Of a DNA stretch of 64,000 nucleotides, positions 12,701 through 23,271 are shown piece by piece. Position numbers and translations under genes: made by a program. Origin of the DNA: Eledone cirrhosa (Eukaryota); NCBI GenBank assembly GCA_964016885.1, contig OZ024740.1:340566001-340630000 (forward strand), given 5' to 3'. Each line of letters opens with the position of its first letter. Positions within the stretch are counted from its first letter, which is position 1. The notes beneath the pieces are model-generated. The model was not told the DNA's origin, ran no database searches, and was given only the letters and a program-made list of their open reading frames with translations.

Positions 12701-13815
12701 ATGTCCCAAATGCAAAGTATGGGTGCATAAAAGATGTAGTGGGATCACAGGTAAGCTAACTAAGAACATAGATTTTACATGTGGCCGGTGCTCTGGTGCA
12801 ATAAGTAGCAGCAAGTGCCCACAAAATACTAGCTCTTTCAATTGCGCAGAGGGTTCTATAGAAATAGTGGACAGCTTCCGTTACCTGGGTGACAAAATCA
12901 GCAGTGGGGGAGGGTGCTCTGAAAGTACAGTAGCTAGAGTCAGAACTGGATGGAAAAAGTTCAGAGAGCTTATACCACTATTAGCCGCTAAAGGGTTCTC
13001 CCTAAAAATGAAAGGCAGGTTGTATGATGCCTGCATACGGACAGCAATGTTGCATGGCAGTGAGACCTGGGCATTGTGTGCAGAGGATATACGCAGATTA
13101 GAGAGGAACGAAGCTTGCATGCTCCGCTGGATGTGTAATAGTAATATACGTGAACGGCAAAGCATAAACGAACTAAGGAAAAAAATTAGAAATAAGAGGG
13201 ATCAGATGTTGTTTACTCGAGAGAAGGCTACGTTGGTATGGTCACGTGATGCGCATGAAAGACGACAGTTGTATAACAAAGTGCAGGGCAATAAAGATAG
13301 ACAGTAGCCACGGAGTAGGCAGACCCAGAAAAATCTGGGACGAGCTGATAAATTCCGACCTCACACACTTACACCTCTCCAAGACAATGTCACTGGACCG
13401 AGACCTTTGGCGGTACTCAGTAATAGAGAAGACCCGCCTTACCTAAATACAAAGTAAAACCTACTACAGTCAGTAGGTATCTCTAACAAAATACCCCCCC
13501 CCCCCCCCTCCCCTTTCAATGTAAAGTTATGTTGGTGCCACAACATCCAGGCCGAAACAAATGAGATCATGTAGGTGTCACGACAAAAAAACACACAGTC
13601 CACGCTGTAATGTGGCCGTGTAGGCAACATGGTAAAAACCTCCCAGCCCCACACTGTAAATGTGGTTGGTGTTAGGAAGGGCATCCAGCTGTAGAAAACC
13701 CGCCATACAGTCCTATGCGAGCAATGACAACCACTCTTGCCTCAAGTGGGAAAACTCCCGTCCAAACCCATGCAAGCGTGGAACATGGACGTTAAACGAT
13801 GATGATGATGATGAT
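9790..13815 (+). mobile_element. Near full-length RTE-clade LINE, antisense in an NCOA5 intron
   Basis: Single long ORF 10250-13446 when repaired: APE endonuclease (GTMNVGTL, CIQETRW, SAYAPQ, QVDYIL), RT (NYRGIKL, FVDLEKAFDRV, GVHQGSVLSP, YADD at 12489-12500, FRYLG), RTE C-terminus (RLRWYGHV, GRPRK.W), 3' UTR ending GACGTTAAAC(GAT)n. 5' boundary approximate. Confidence 0.96.
10250..13446 (+). pseudogene. Disrupted RTE endonuclease-RT polyprotein (about 1060 aa) with an internal PHD finger
   Basis: Frameshifts in A7 runs at about 10976-10982 and 13179-13185, TGA stops at 11694 and 12660, and GELN in place of the catalytic GD(F/L)N at 10829-10840. Confidence 0.9.
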
Positions 13816-13994
13816 TCCTGACATATTAAACCACATTAATTCTCTCCAGGCACCCCTCTAACTGCAGTTGAAACTCATGGTGTAAAAATATAAATAAGAA
13901 GACATTATAAATGAGAAATGTCCAATGTCTTAACCAATCTACATGTCTGTAACACAACAGCTGCATTTAATAATTAAAAGGCTTTAAAATAATG

Positions 13995-14350
13995 CCATCA
14001 TTATCATTATGATCATTTTTACATTTGCTTTTCCATGCTGGCATGGGTTGGGCAAGAGTTTTGGATGCAGTTTTTTTATGGCCAGATGGCTTTCTTGATG
14101 CCAACCCTTACTTTCTTTTAGAAGCCTGGTACATAATGCTGATCTTTGCTGACTGCTAAATTGCAGGAGATAAACAAGCACCGTCACTTGCTTTCAACAT
14201 TGTTGAGATGTGTGCAGTACATACATGTATGTGCACCTGTTCTCTCTGGCCCCAACATTAGAGAAGTTGTCATGCAGAGACTGAAGGATCCTCTCAACCC
14301 TTTTTGGCATGGCTTCTACAGTTGGAAGCCTTTCCTGCCAGAGTGTAAGA
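13995..14350 (-). mobile_element. Decayed short retroposon or RTE 3' end
   Basis: catcat...tttccatgctggcatgggttgg is the reverse complement of the RTE 3' terminus; two degenerate GGAAGGGCATCC modules. Confidence 0.6.
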
Positions 14351-14557
14351 TGTTTTTTTAAATATAATGTATGCAAGTACTAAGCATGGGTTGGTCTGAG
14401 GCTACAGTAGAAAACATTTACCCAATGTGTCATGCAGTAGGATAAAACACAAGGCTAAGTGATTGCAAAGTCTGCACCTATATATGTATGTGTGTGTGGG
14501 TGCGTGCATATATGTATTCATACATAATTAAATAAAGATCCAAATACAAATATTCAC

Positions 14558-14695
14558 CTCAGCTGTGAACTTGTAATCAATATAGAAGCATCAAATGTTG
14601 GTCTTTGTTGAGGAGCATTATCAGAATATGGAGGATTATCATTAAATGTAGGACGTGTCCAGTTGTTATTAGCTTCCCTGTCAAAAGATTCTGGT
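14558..14695 (-). CDS. NCOA5: NCOA5-like coding exon (linker and first strand of the alpha/beta domain)
   Basis: Acceptor ctgcttttacag, donor GTGAAT. Encodes PESFDREANNNWTRPTF...RPTFDASILITSSQL(R). 138 nt, phase 2-2, in frame with neighbours. Confidence 0.85.
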
Positions 14696-15489
14696 CTGTA
14701 AAAGCAGAAAAACATTGCACTAATAAATTACAAAAAGAAAATATTAATTTCATGACCAAAAATTATATAATAAAAAAAATCATGCTAAAATCTACCACCA
14801 TTAGCAGTTTTTTTGTCAATTTTTTCAATATTGGCATAGGTCGGATAAGGTTTTTTTGAGGCAGTGTTTCTACTGCTGGAGGTTTCACCTATTTATAAAG
14901 TAATAAGTATGGTATTTGCTATCAACTTAGTTGAAATATTATGCTGCAGAGCACACTTTATGCAAAACATAAAGAAATGTCACCAGTTGCTTTAAGCATT
15001 GCCAATATTCTGACAAACACTCACACACATGTACATATATATATAATCACACACTCGAACATATACATGTACACACACACTTGTACATATATATATACAC
15101 ACACACACTTGTACATATATATATACACACACACACTCATACATATATATAAGCCAGGTTTCTTATATAGTTTCCATCCACGGGGAAGCTTCGTTCTCTG
15201 ATTTAGTGTCAAGAATGTCTCAGATTAAAGCTTGTATGAGGAACTGAATCTAGAAAGATGATCCTCATGAATAATCATTACTTATTTAAGGCCCCAACAG
15301 CAATTTTCTCTTAGATCAATGGATGGGCGCTTTATCAGGTAGTCCACTGTAGTGGATCATATCTCTCACTGTCACCTATGTGTTGTGAGACCAAGATGCT
15401 AGAAGCAAAGATGGTGCAGATCCAATTGATTAACACCCAAAACAATTCAGGTAGAGGCTTTTTAAAACAGATCTAGTACCATAAGATTT

Positions 15490-15690
15490 CATCACTATAT
15501 TTCTAATGAAATCGTTGAAAAAATAAGCAAGAATTTTGAGTGATTTAGTAATATAACTAACTTTCTCATTATTAAGTTGGGCTTTGGAACTCAACTTAAC
15601 AAAAGTTTTCCCATAAAGGTTCTTACACAAAATTACGATATGTTTTTACATAAAAGTGACACTATGAAAAAGTAGGCTGTTCAACCTGCT
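15490..15690. mobile_element. TTAA-type MITE family copy (inverted, partial)
   Basis: atatttctaatgaaa...ataactaactttctcattattaag...ttcttacacaaaatt shared with 26110-26280 and reverse-complementary to 19160-19404. Confidence 0.6.
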
Positions 15691-15699
15691 AGCTGATCA

Positions 15700-15900
15700 T
15701 TTTGGTGCCACGATAAAAAACATACAGTCAATGATATAAATGTGGTTGGCATTAGGAAGGGCATCCAGTCATAGAAACCAAGTCAGAAACAGTTCTGTAT
15801 GAGCAAGACATGGTTATCTGATCTGACTTGTCTTACAATGGGACAACTCGTCTAACCCATGCTAGAGTGGACAATGGATGTTAAACAGCGATGATGATGA
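15700..15900 (+). mobile_element. RTE 3' UTR fragment
   Basis: gtggttggcattaggaagggcatccag...aacccatgc...atgttaaac..gatgatgat, as in the element ending at 13815. Confidence 0.8.
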
Positions 15901-16009
15901 ACCAGGGTGGTTTCAGATGATTTGATATCAAAAACGGTTAATGACCAAAGTGAGATGTAATATGATGATAAAAATATTTTTTAAGCTTGTAAAAAAAACA
16001 ATGTCTAAC

Positions 16010-16144
16010 CTTGAACGATTATCTCGATATTCTTCATAATGTTGATTACCCATTGGTCTTTGTTGTGGTGGTTGTTGCTGCTGCTGCTGCTGTTGTTGTT
16101 GTTGTGGTGGGCCATTCCATTTATTAGAATTATCAAAAAAATCT
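16010..16144 (-). CDS. NCOA5: NCOA5-like coding exon with polyQ tract
   Basis: Acceptor ttttctgacag, donor GTTAGA. Encodes DFFDNSNKWNGPP(Q11)PPQQRPMGNQHYEEYRDNRS. 135 nt, phase 2-2. Confidence 0.85.
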
Positions 16145-16318
16145 CTGTCAGAAAAGATTAGGAAAAAAGAAAAAGGAAATAAAATATCCCTAATTTCGAA
16201 AGTCAATTAAATCAGAAAATACAATATTTAAAAATTAATTCCAAAAAAATAAACCTCGGGAATAAATCAGACAATAACAGAAATGTGGAAATGATAATGG
16301 ACATCTGTGAACCATCTT

Positions 16319-16407
16319 ACTACTAGTACTACCACCACCACCACCACCACCACCACCACCACCACCACCACCACCACCACTACTACTACTACTGGTACTA
16401 CCACCAC
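16319..16407. repeat. Compound (ACC)n/(ACT)n microsatellite
   Basis: About 16 ACC units flanked by ACT units; directly visible. Confidence 0.95.
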
Positions 16408-16609
16408 GAATAGGCGTTATAAACATAGTTTAACACACTAATCCAGTGGCTCTTAAACTTGTTACTATCAAGAACCCCTTCTATTCAAATGGATTTTCCT
16501 ACAACTCCTCCGCTATAATTACTTGTTATTCAGTGAGAATAACAACCAAAGGAGAGAAATGTTATACTTAAGAGAAATGGATATCTAATAGTGTGTGCAT
16601 ATTATGTTT

Positions 16610-16849
16610 TTAACTATTTTCTTACAAACCCAACCAAAACAGGCTTTGGTTCTATGAAACAAAACCACCCATTTAAATTAAACTATCTTATTTAAATTAA
16701 AATCTTCCAACATAGTTTTATATAAGAATCATGTTACGTTAATATCTTATTAAATAAATAATTAATAATTGTAGTAAGTCCCCCAAAATTCTTCCTTAAT
16801 TAATTGAAATAAAGTGTATTTCATTAGAAATCCATCACAAAAGGGTTAA
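16610..16849. mobile_element. TTAA-flanked MITE copy
   Basis: Runs ttaactatttt...aaaagggttaa; internal similarity to 19160-19404. Confidence 0.6.
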
Positions 16850-17035
16850 CAAAGTACATAGACCACAGATCTCAAGTTGGGAACCACTGCAGTAATATAT
16901 AAACATATCTCTGGCGAAACATTAAGACATTTAAAAATCAACATGGATATGAAAGTAGAAGATATGTGACAATAAAAAAAAAAACTTCAAAAGTATATAT
17001 ATATATATATATATATATCATCATTATTTAACATA

Positions 17036-17230
17036 GGGCGGTGGATTGGCAGTATCGGTAGAGGGTCGGACGCCATGCTTTGACGCATAGAGTTACGGCC
17101 CTTGCTATTTTGAGTTCAACTGCCGCCGAGGTAAACTTTGCCTTTCATCCTTACGGGGTCGATAAAATAAAGTACCAGTAATACACTGGGTAATTGCTGG
17201 CCTTGTGCCAAAAGTAGAAACAATTATTTA
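17036..17230 (+). mobile_element. Young tRNA-derived SINE with a Meta/Sauria-like core
   Basis: Head GGCGGTGGATTGGCAGTATCGGTAGA, B-box GAGTTCAAC, core CTTTGCCTTTCATCCTTACGGGGTCGATAAAATAAAGTACCAG, tail GGCCTTGTGCCAAAAGTAGAAAC. Flanked by attatt(t)taacat direct repeats. Confidence 0.92.
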
Positions 17231-17725
17231 ACATCCATTTTCCCCTGAGAGAAAGTGTTAGATGGGTTGCTACAGACCAAGTCATGTACTTAAGCGAAGC
17301 CACTGACTCCTCAGTTAGACTGGAGGCCAGCATCATGCTTACAAGGAAGTTTCCACTTTCTACTGAATGCATTTTATCCTGACACCAGCACTAAGGAGGC
17401 TGTCATGTCTTTCAACACATCTGGATTCCTTTCTTATCACCAACCACTTTACAGAGCGAACTGGGTGTGTTTATCATGTAAATCACCAACACTAAGGAAA
17501 TTGTTGTCTTTAACACATTTGAAGAGTCCTCCCAACCCTTTGGCAAATTTTCTACAGCTGGATGTCCTTCCCATCATCAAGGACTTAACAGAGTATACTG
17601 GGTGCATTTATTGTGTAAATTACCATCACTAGGGAGGCTATGTTTTTGACTCAGTTGAAGAGTACTCTTGACCCTTTGTTTGACAAGCTTTTTACAGCAG
17701 GATGCCCTTCTTATCATCAACCAAT
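17228..17725 (-). mobile_element. RTE-tail-related element with internal tandem repeats of about 145 bp
   Basis: Reverse complement of the RTE terminus at the left end, then 3 degenerate copies of ctggatgyccttcyyatcatcaa. Related to 37010-37318. Confidence 0.65.
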
Positions 17726-17933
17726 ATACACACACACATTCAACAGTGTGTCTGCATCTCTATTTATATTTGTGCCCGTGTATGTATTTATGTCAACAAG
17801 ATAAGTACCAGACTTGAAAAAATAAATAGTGAAAAAAATAAATACTTCTAAATCTCTAAGATGATGAAGCAGCATGGTTACAGTCTAATGACTGAAACCA
17901 GTAAAAGAATAATAATATGCAAAAAAAAATCAC

Positions 17934-18059
17934 CTGTTCTCTATTTCTGCTCCATTCTTGCCTAAAGGTCCAGCTCTATTGAATGGTTCTCGAAGAGGAG
18001 ATCGATCTCGATTTGGTAAGCTAGGAGTTCCCCAAGACTCTTTCTCTGGCATATTAAAC
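17934..18059 (-). CDS. NCOA5: NCOA5-like coding exon (RDRSP linker)
   Basis: Acceptor tgttttaaag, donor GTGATT. Encodes FNMPEKESWGTPSLPNRDRSPLREPFNR...; an RDRSP-type motif is typical of NCOA5. 126 nt, phase 2-2. Confidence 0.85.
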
Positions 18060-18599
18060 CTTTAAAACATTAAAAAGAAGAAATTAGAATATTTAGAAGT
18101 AAAAAATAAAGAAGGAAAATAAACACCCTAGAAATTCCATAGGTTACTAATATAAAGTGTGACACAAGATTGGAACTGATTAAGTTTTAGGTACCTAGTA
18201 AACAAATACAATCAATCCTTGTTAGCAAGGAAAACAGATGTTAAATGATGATGACGAATCAACAATGAGTAATAATGATGGAGTAGAATTAGTCAGACAT
18301 TGTTATATAGTTAAAGGTTTGATTCCACTGCAGAATACCTTGGGTAAATGTCTACTACTATAACCATGAAAAATAAGTATGTATTCGCTGATGTATATTG
18401 ACAAGAAAACCAGTGCTCTTCAAAGTCTTTTGTCTTATTTGTTCTGCACTGAGTTACATGCACTGCCATGAACATAACCCTGTCAAAACTGTAACCAACA
18501 ATTGAGGTATAAAATAAGTAGGATCAGAAAATACTTAAATTCTAAATACTTATCTGTAGAGAAAGAGTACAAAATTTAATTTAATTTGTGTAAATGTGT

Positions 18600-18895
18600 A
18601 AATATATACACTGACACACCAAAACTGAACATATCTGGGCGAGATGTGATCCCCCAATCCACCAAGGACAATATGAAATTTAAAGCTCAAACTTATACAA
18701 GTTTAGCTAACTTCCTATCTCATAGGAGGCTTCTCAGGTGTGCTAATGATAGCAGCCTCAGTCATGGCATGCAAAGCAACATGAAATAAAGTATTTTGCT
18801 CAAGAACACAACATGCTGCTTCATCTAGGAATTGAACCCATGACCATTATGATCAGATGTCCAACACCTTAACCACTAGGCCATGAACCTTCACA
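18600..18895 (-). mobile_element. tRNA-derived SINE (CORE/V-like ttgagcaa..actt motif)
   Basis: Reverse complement begins catggcctagtggttaagg...ggttcaattcc...gtgttcttgagcaaaatacttt; homologous to 33205-33370. Confidence 0.75.
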
Positions 18896-19159
18896 AGGAA
18901 GACAATAGCTCCAATTAAGTACTGACTTGGTTTGTAATTAACTGTCCAAACCATACCAGCAAGGAAAAGCAAATATAAAATGATGATAATGACATTTTAA
19001 AACATTTTATATATATATATCTGTGGACCAAAGAGAGTGAATGACCTGACTCAAATTTTGAATGAATTTGGATGATCCTCAGAGATTGTGAATGCTTATC
19101 TTAGCCCACAGAGAAATATGCAATACATGGCTTGCAAAGCATATTATTTTGAAGTAGAT

Positions 19160-19404
19160 TTAACACTTTTGATACAAAACTGCTTCTGAATCAATGATAC
19201 AAAATTTTTTGATTCTAACGTGTTTATATTTATCTAAAATCCTTCCATCATAAATTAATCTAAAAACCTTTATAAATGTACGTGCTAAGCATCAAATTAA
19301 TAATGAGGAACTTAGCTATGTTATTAAATCTCACCAAATTTTTGATTATTTAAAAAACTCATAGAGTGTGTCTTTCATTAGAAATATGGTAAGAAAAGGG
19401 TTAA
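19160..19404. mobile_element. TTAA-flanked MITE (piggyBac-type termini)
   Basis: TTAA|CACTTTT...AAAAGGG|TTAA termini, about 240 bp, non-coding, several homologues in the window. Ends 14 nt from an NCOA5 splice donor. Confidence 0.7.
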
Positions 19405-19418
19405 CACTAGAAACCTAC

Positions 19419-19473
19419 CTTTCATTTCTTCCACTTGACTCAGTAGATTGACTTTCAACAGCAAGATTTACAT
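19419..19473 (-). CDS. NCOA5: NCOA5-like coding exon (last RRM strand)
   Basis: Acceptor ttattttgtcag, donor GTAGGT. Encodes (N)VNLAVESQSTESSGRNE, completing GQIINVNLA (compare hnRNP C GQVLDINLA). 55 nt, phase 1-2. Confidence 0.82.
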
Positions 19474-20529
19474 CTGACAAAATAAACAATATAAAACATA
19501 TAAGCTTGTAAAGTTAGTAATTCTGTGGTGGCTTTAATGTGGTGAATTAGCAGAATAGCTGGAGTGTTGGATAAAATGCCTTGCAGTATTTATTTTGGCT
19601 CTCAGTACTCTGAGTTCAACTTTACTTTTTATTTTTTTGGGGATCAATAAAGTACCAGTCCAAGGCAGTCAATTGGTGGAATTATTAGTGTTGGATAGTA
19701 TGTTTTAAAATATCTTTCAGTCCTTTGGTGTCTGAATCTGATAAGTTTATCTGGATTTTTCTATGAATTATTTTTTTCCATAGTAGATTAAATTACAAAT
19801 ATTATTTTATATTGGAAATAATTAAGATGGATTATGTTAATTGAAAAAGCTGACATGTTTTGTCAGAGAATTCTGACTGCTTAACCTATTGATTAAAATA
19901 TCACATTTACTTGCATATAAGTTACACCACCTTTGTAGTGATAATATTTTTGCTTCAGCTTTTGATCTGTAAAATAAGTTGCATTTTGCCTTTTGTAAAT
20001 ATTGTTTGCAACTTTGCTTGTGATCATGTTTAAATGTTGTTAATGATAATAATAATAATAAATAGATAAATATATAATACATTAGTTTAACAGGCACTTT
20101 TAATTTGTCACTCCTGACAGACAATATATGCAGCATCTAATGGGCATTAGGATTACTGCCAGTCAATTGCGAACTGTGTATACAGAAGTTTTACACAAGT
20201 GGAAGGCTTATGTGAATTAAATTCTACTTTAGCAGTTTCTTTTGTTCTTATGCCTGATGTCACCGACGTATATTGGTTTACAATGTTGATATTTACATCA
20301 ATTGAATAGTGACATGATCAACTTGCCATACATAATCATTTACTAGTGTGTGTGTGTATGTGTGTGTGTTAGTGCATGCTACGAATTTCAAGTCCAGTAT
20401 GGTAGATAAGTTGCATGAAATTTTTTGTGCTATTTGCTTTTCAAAGTAAAAAATTGTGATTTATCTACAATTATGTATGATTTATACAACAGCGTTTTGT
20501 AAAGTAATATATAGAAGTTTTATTCTTAC

Positions 20530-20637
20530 TTATTATCTGGCCTTTTACTATACAGAACACCTCCCCTGCTATTGCTGCTTCTGCATCAGCTTCTTTGTCA
20601 AATTGAATAAATGCGTAGTTATGATGACTTTCAATTG
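20530..20637 (-). CDS. NCOA5: NCOA5-like coding exon (RRM RNP1 and helix 2); most 5' exon found
   Basis: Acceptor ttgattattacag, donor GTAAGA. Encodes IESHHNYAFIQFDKEADAEAAIAGE...GQII, an RNP1-like HNYAFIQF as in the hnRNP C-type RRM of invertebrate NCOA5/Neosin. 108 nt, phase 1-1. Confidence 0.87.
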
Positions 20638-21544
20638 CTGTAATAATCAAATAATCAAAATTTAAGTAAAAAAACAAAACAAAACAATTGTATTGAAAAT
20701 CAATACGTAAACAGAACATTTTAAGACTATTTAGCACTTGTTAAACTATATGTATTTATGACTGAAGTATAGTTTTCAAATGGCACAAATCAAGGTTTAC
20801 ATCAGGAGACAAAACATTGGCAGCAATGTTAGAGGAGCTTGCCATGTTACTAATTGAAAAGGAAATGTAAATGTGAAACCTATAGCTCACACCTATGCAG
20901 GTTTAACTTCATAGGTGTGAGCTATAATGAAAAGCAATGTGAAACGAAGAGTCTCACACAAGAATCCAATGTACTGACAGATCCAGGAATTGAACTGGCA
21001 AGTATATGATCATGAGTCCAATGCTCAAACCACTTAACCACGGTGTCACAAAATAGATTTATAATATCAACCTAGAATTACCTTGGGACACAGTTTCAAC
21101 GAGCTATTAGTTTTAACCCTTTGAACTCTGATTCTGTCACAGGTGGAGTCCCCAACCCTTGCTGTCAACATGAAAATCATTGAAAAAAATGAAGCCCATT
21201 ATTAATCCTGAAAATTGAATAAATGTATGAAATTGACAAAAATCTTGGCAATGACATATTGAAGAACTCCGGCTATAGCAGAAAATCATGTTAATAAGAG
21301 CAGTAAACAGATGTGTTTGGCATAATCAAATACTGGAATGGCAGGGTATAGTGAACACTGGATCAGTAAGTTCAAAACATTAAGGGACAACTGCTGTAAG
21401 TCATATTTGATAGTTTTGTAACTGAATTCTAAGAGATAGAGAAGAAAAAGAACAAAAGGATTGAAAAGGTAGTTGAATTAGAGGGTAGATGGAAAAATAT
21501 ACAGTAAGACATTTACTTATGTTCTACACTGGGTGACAACAATA

Positions 21545-21732
21545 ATTTTAAATAATTACAGTAGAGGTAGATCAAGGAAGATCTAGTAGGAGGTGGTGAG
21601 AGCTGATCTTAAGTCGTTGAGACTCACAAAGATGACAAAGGAACGTGGTGAGTAGAGAGACACTGTGCTGAAAAGGACGTGTTCAACTCATGCAAACGTG
21701 GAAAAACAGACGTAAAAATGATGAAGATGATT
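21545..21732 (+). mobile_element. Old RTE 3' fragment
   Basis: SRGRSRKI..EVVRADLK followed by the catgcaaacgtggaaaaacagacgtaaaatgatga terminus. Confidence 0.7.
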
Positions 21733-21767
21733 ACGAATGTGTACATAATATTCACATATATAAATAT

Positions 21768-22884
21768 ATTTATGTCCTAAATGCAAAGTATGGGTGCATA
21801 AAAGATGTAGTGGGATCACAGGTAAGCTAACTAAGAACATAGACTTTACATGTGGCCGGTGTTCTGGTGCAATAAGTAGCAGCAAGTGCCCACAAAATAC
21901 TAGCTCTTTCAATTGCGCAGAGGGTTCTATAGAAATAGTGGACAGCTTCCGTTACCTGGGCGATAAAATCAGCAGTGGGGGAGGGTGCTCTGAAAGTACT
22001 GTAGCTAGAGTCAGAACTGGTTGGAAAAAGTTCAGAGAGCTTATACCACTATTAGCTGCTAAAGGGTTCTCCCTAAAAATGAAAGGCAGGTTGTACGATG
22101 CCTGCATACGAACAGCAATGTTGCATGGTAGTGAGACCTGGGCATTGTGTGCAGAGGATATACGCAGACTAGAGAGGAACGAAGCTTGCATGCTCCGCTG
22201 GATGTGTAACAGTAATATACGTGAACGGCAAAGCATAAACGAACTAAGGAAAAAATTAGAGATAAGAGGGATCAGATGTTATTTACTCGAGAGAAGGCTG
22301 CGTTGGTATGGACACGTGATGCGCATGAAAGTCAATAGCTGTATTACAAAGTGCAGGGCAATAAAGATAGACGGTAGCCACGGAATAGGCAGACCTAGAA
22401 AAACATGGGATGAGCTGATAAACTCCGACCTCACACACTTACACCTCTCCAAGACAATGTCACTGGACCGAGACCTTTGGCGGTACTCAGTAACAGAGAA
22501 GACCCGCCTTGCCAGTAGGCATCTCTAACAAAATACACCCCGTCCCGCCACCACCCCCACCCCATCCACACCACCCCGTTCTATGTAAAGTTATGTTGGT
22601 GCCGCGCCATCCAGGCCGAAACAAATGAGATCGTGTAGGTGTCACGACAAAAAAACACACAGTCCACGCTGTAATGTGGCCGTGTAGGCAACACGGTAAA
22701 AACCTCCCAGACCCACACTGTAAATGTGGTTGGTGTTAGGAAGGGCATCCAACTGTAGAAAACCTGCCAGACAGTCCTATGCGAGCAAGACAATCACTCT
22801 TGCCTCAAGTGGGACTACCCCCGTCCAAACCCATGCAAGCGTGGAACACGGACGTTAAACGTTGATGATGATGATGATGATGAT
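21768..22884 (+). mobile_element. 5'-truncated young RTE LINE, sister of 9790-13815
   Basis: Near-identical to 12697-13815, with an open C-terminal ORF (21794-22528) and a (GAT)n tail. Possible short target duplication atatataa. Confidence 0.95.
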
Positions 22885-23077
22885 ATATAAGGGTGTTTTC
22901 TTAAATTGATAATTCAATATAGTAGATATTGCATGTCTTAACATTCTGTAATAATTTAGCAGAAAACATCTAAAATCCATTAGTTAATTCAAATGTTTAC
23001 AGCATTTTCATTAGTGGGCAGATTGTTGTGAAAATTTACTGCAACAAAAGTTTCTAATTTTTAATGTGATGCTAAAA

Positions 23078-23271
23078 ATAATTGTTTCTACTTTTGGCAC
23101 AAGGCCAGCAATTATCCCAGAGCGTTACTGGTACTTTATTTTATTGACCCCATAAGGATGAAAAGCAAAGTTAAGCTCGGCGGGATTTGAACCCAGAATG
23201 TAAAGGGCCATAATTCTATGTTGTAAAGCATGGTGTCTGACGCTCTACCGATACTGCCAATTCACTGCCCC
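23078..23271 (-). mobile_element. tRNA-SINE (same family as 17036) with a 16-bp target-site duplication
   Basis: Full-length reverse copy; tgatgctaaaaataat at 23067-23082 and 23274-23289. Confidence 0.92.

Noticed and set aside
10176-13165. Antisense ORFs overlapping the RTE (for example 12020-12358, 12440-12841)
   Set aside because: Shadow frames of the plus-strand RT coding sequence with no recognisable domain.
16235-16426. Poly-Gly/Ser ORF on the gene strand
   Set aside because: Translation of the (ACC)n microsatellite; the flanking exons already join in frame without it.
17036-17130. tRNA genes suggested by A/B boxes here and at 91, 18820, 23180, 33220 and 35790
   Set aside because: Each runs into a SINE core and tail and lacks a proper cloverleaf; these are SINE heads.
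21082-21208. Possible cassette exon (ttttcag...CAAG|GTAATT) upstream of the RRM exon
   Set aside because: No RRM similarity in translation and stop codons near its start; at most a cryptic or non-coding exon.
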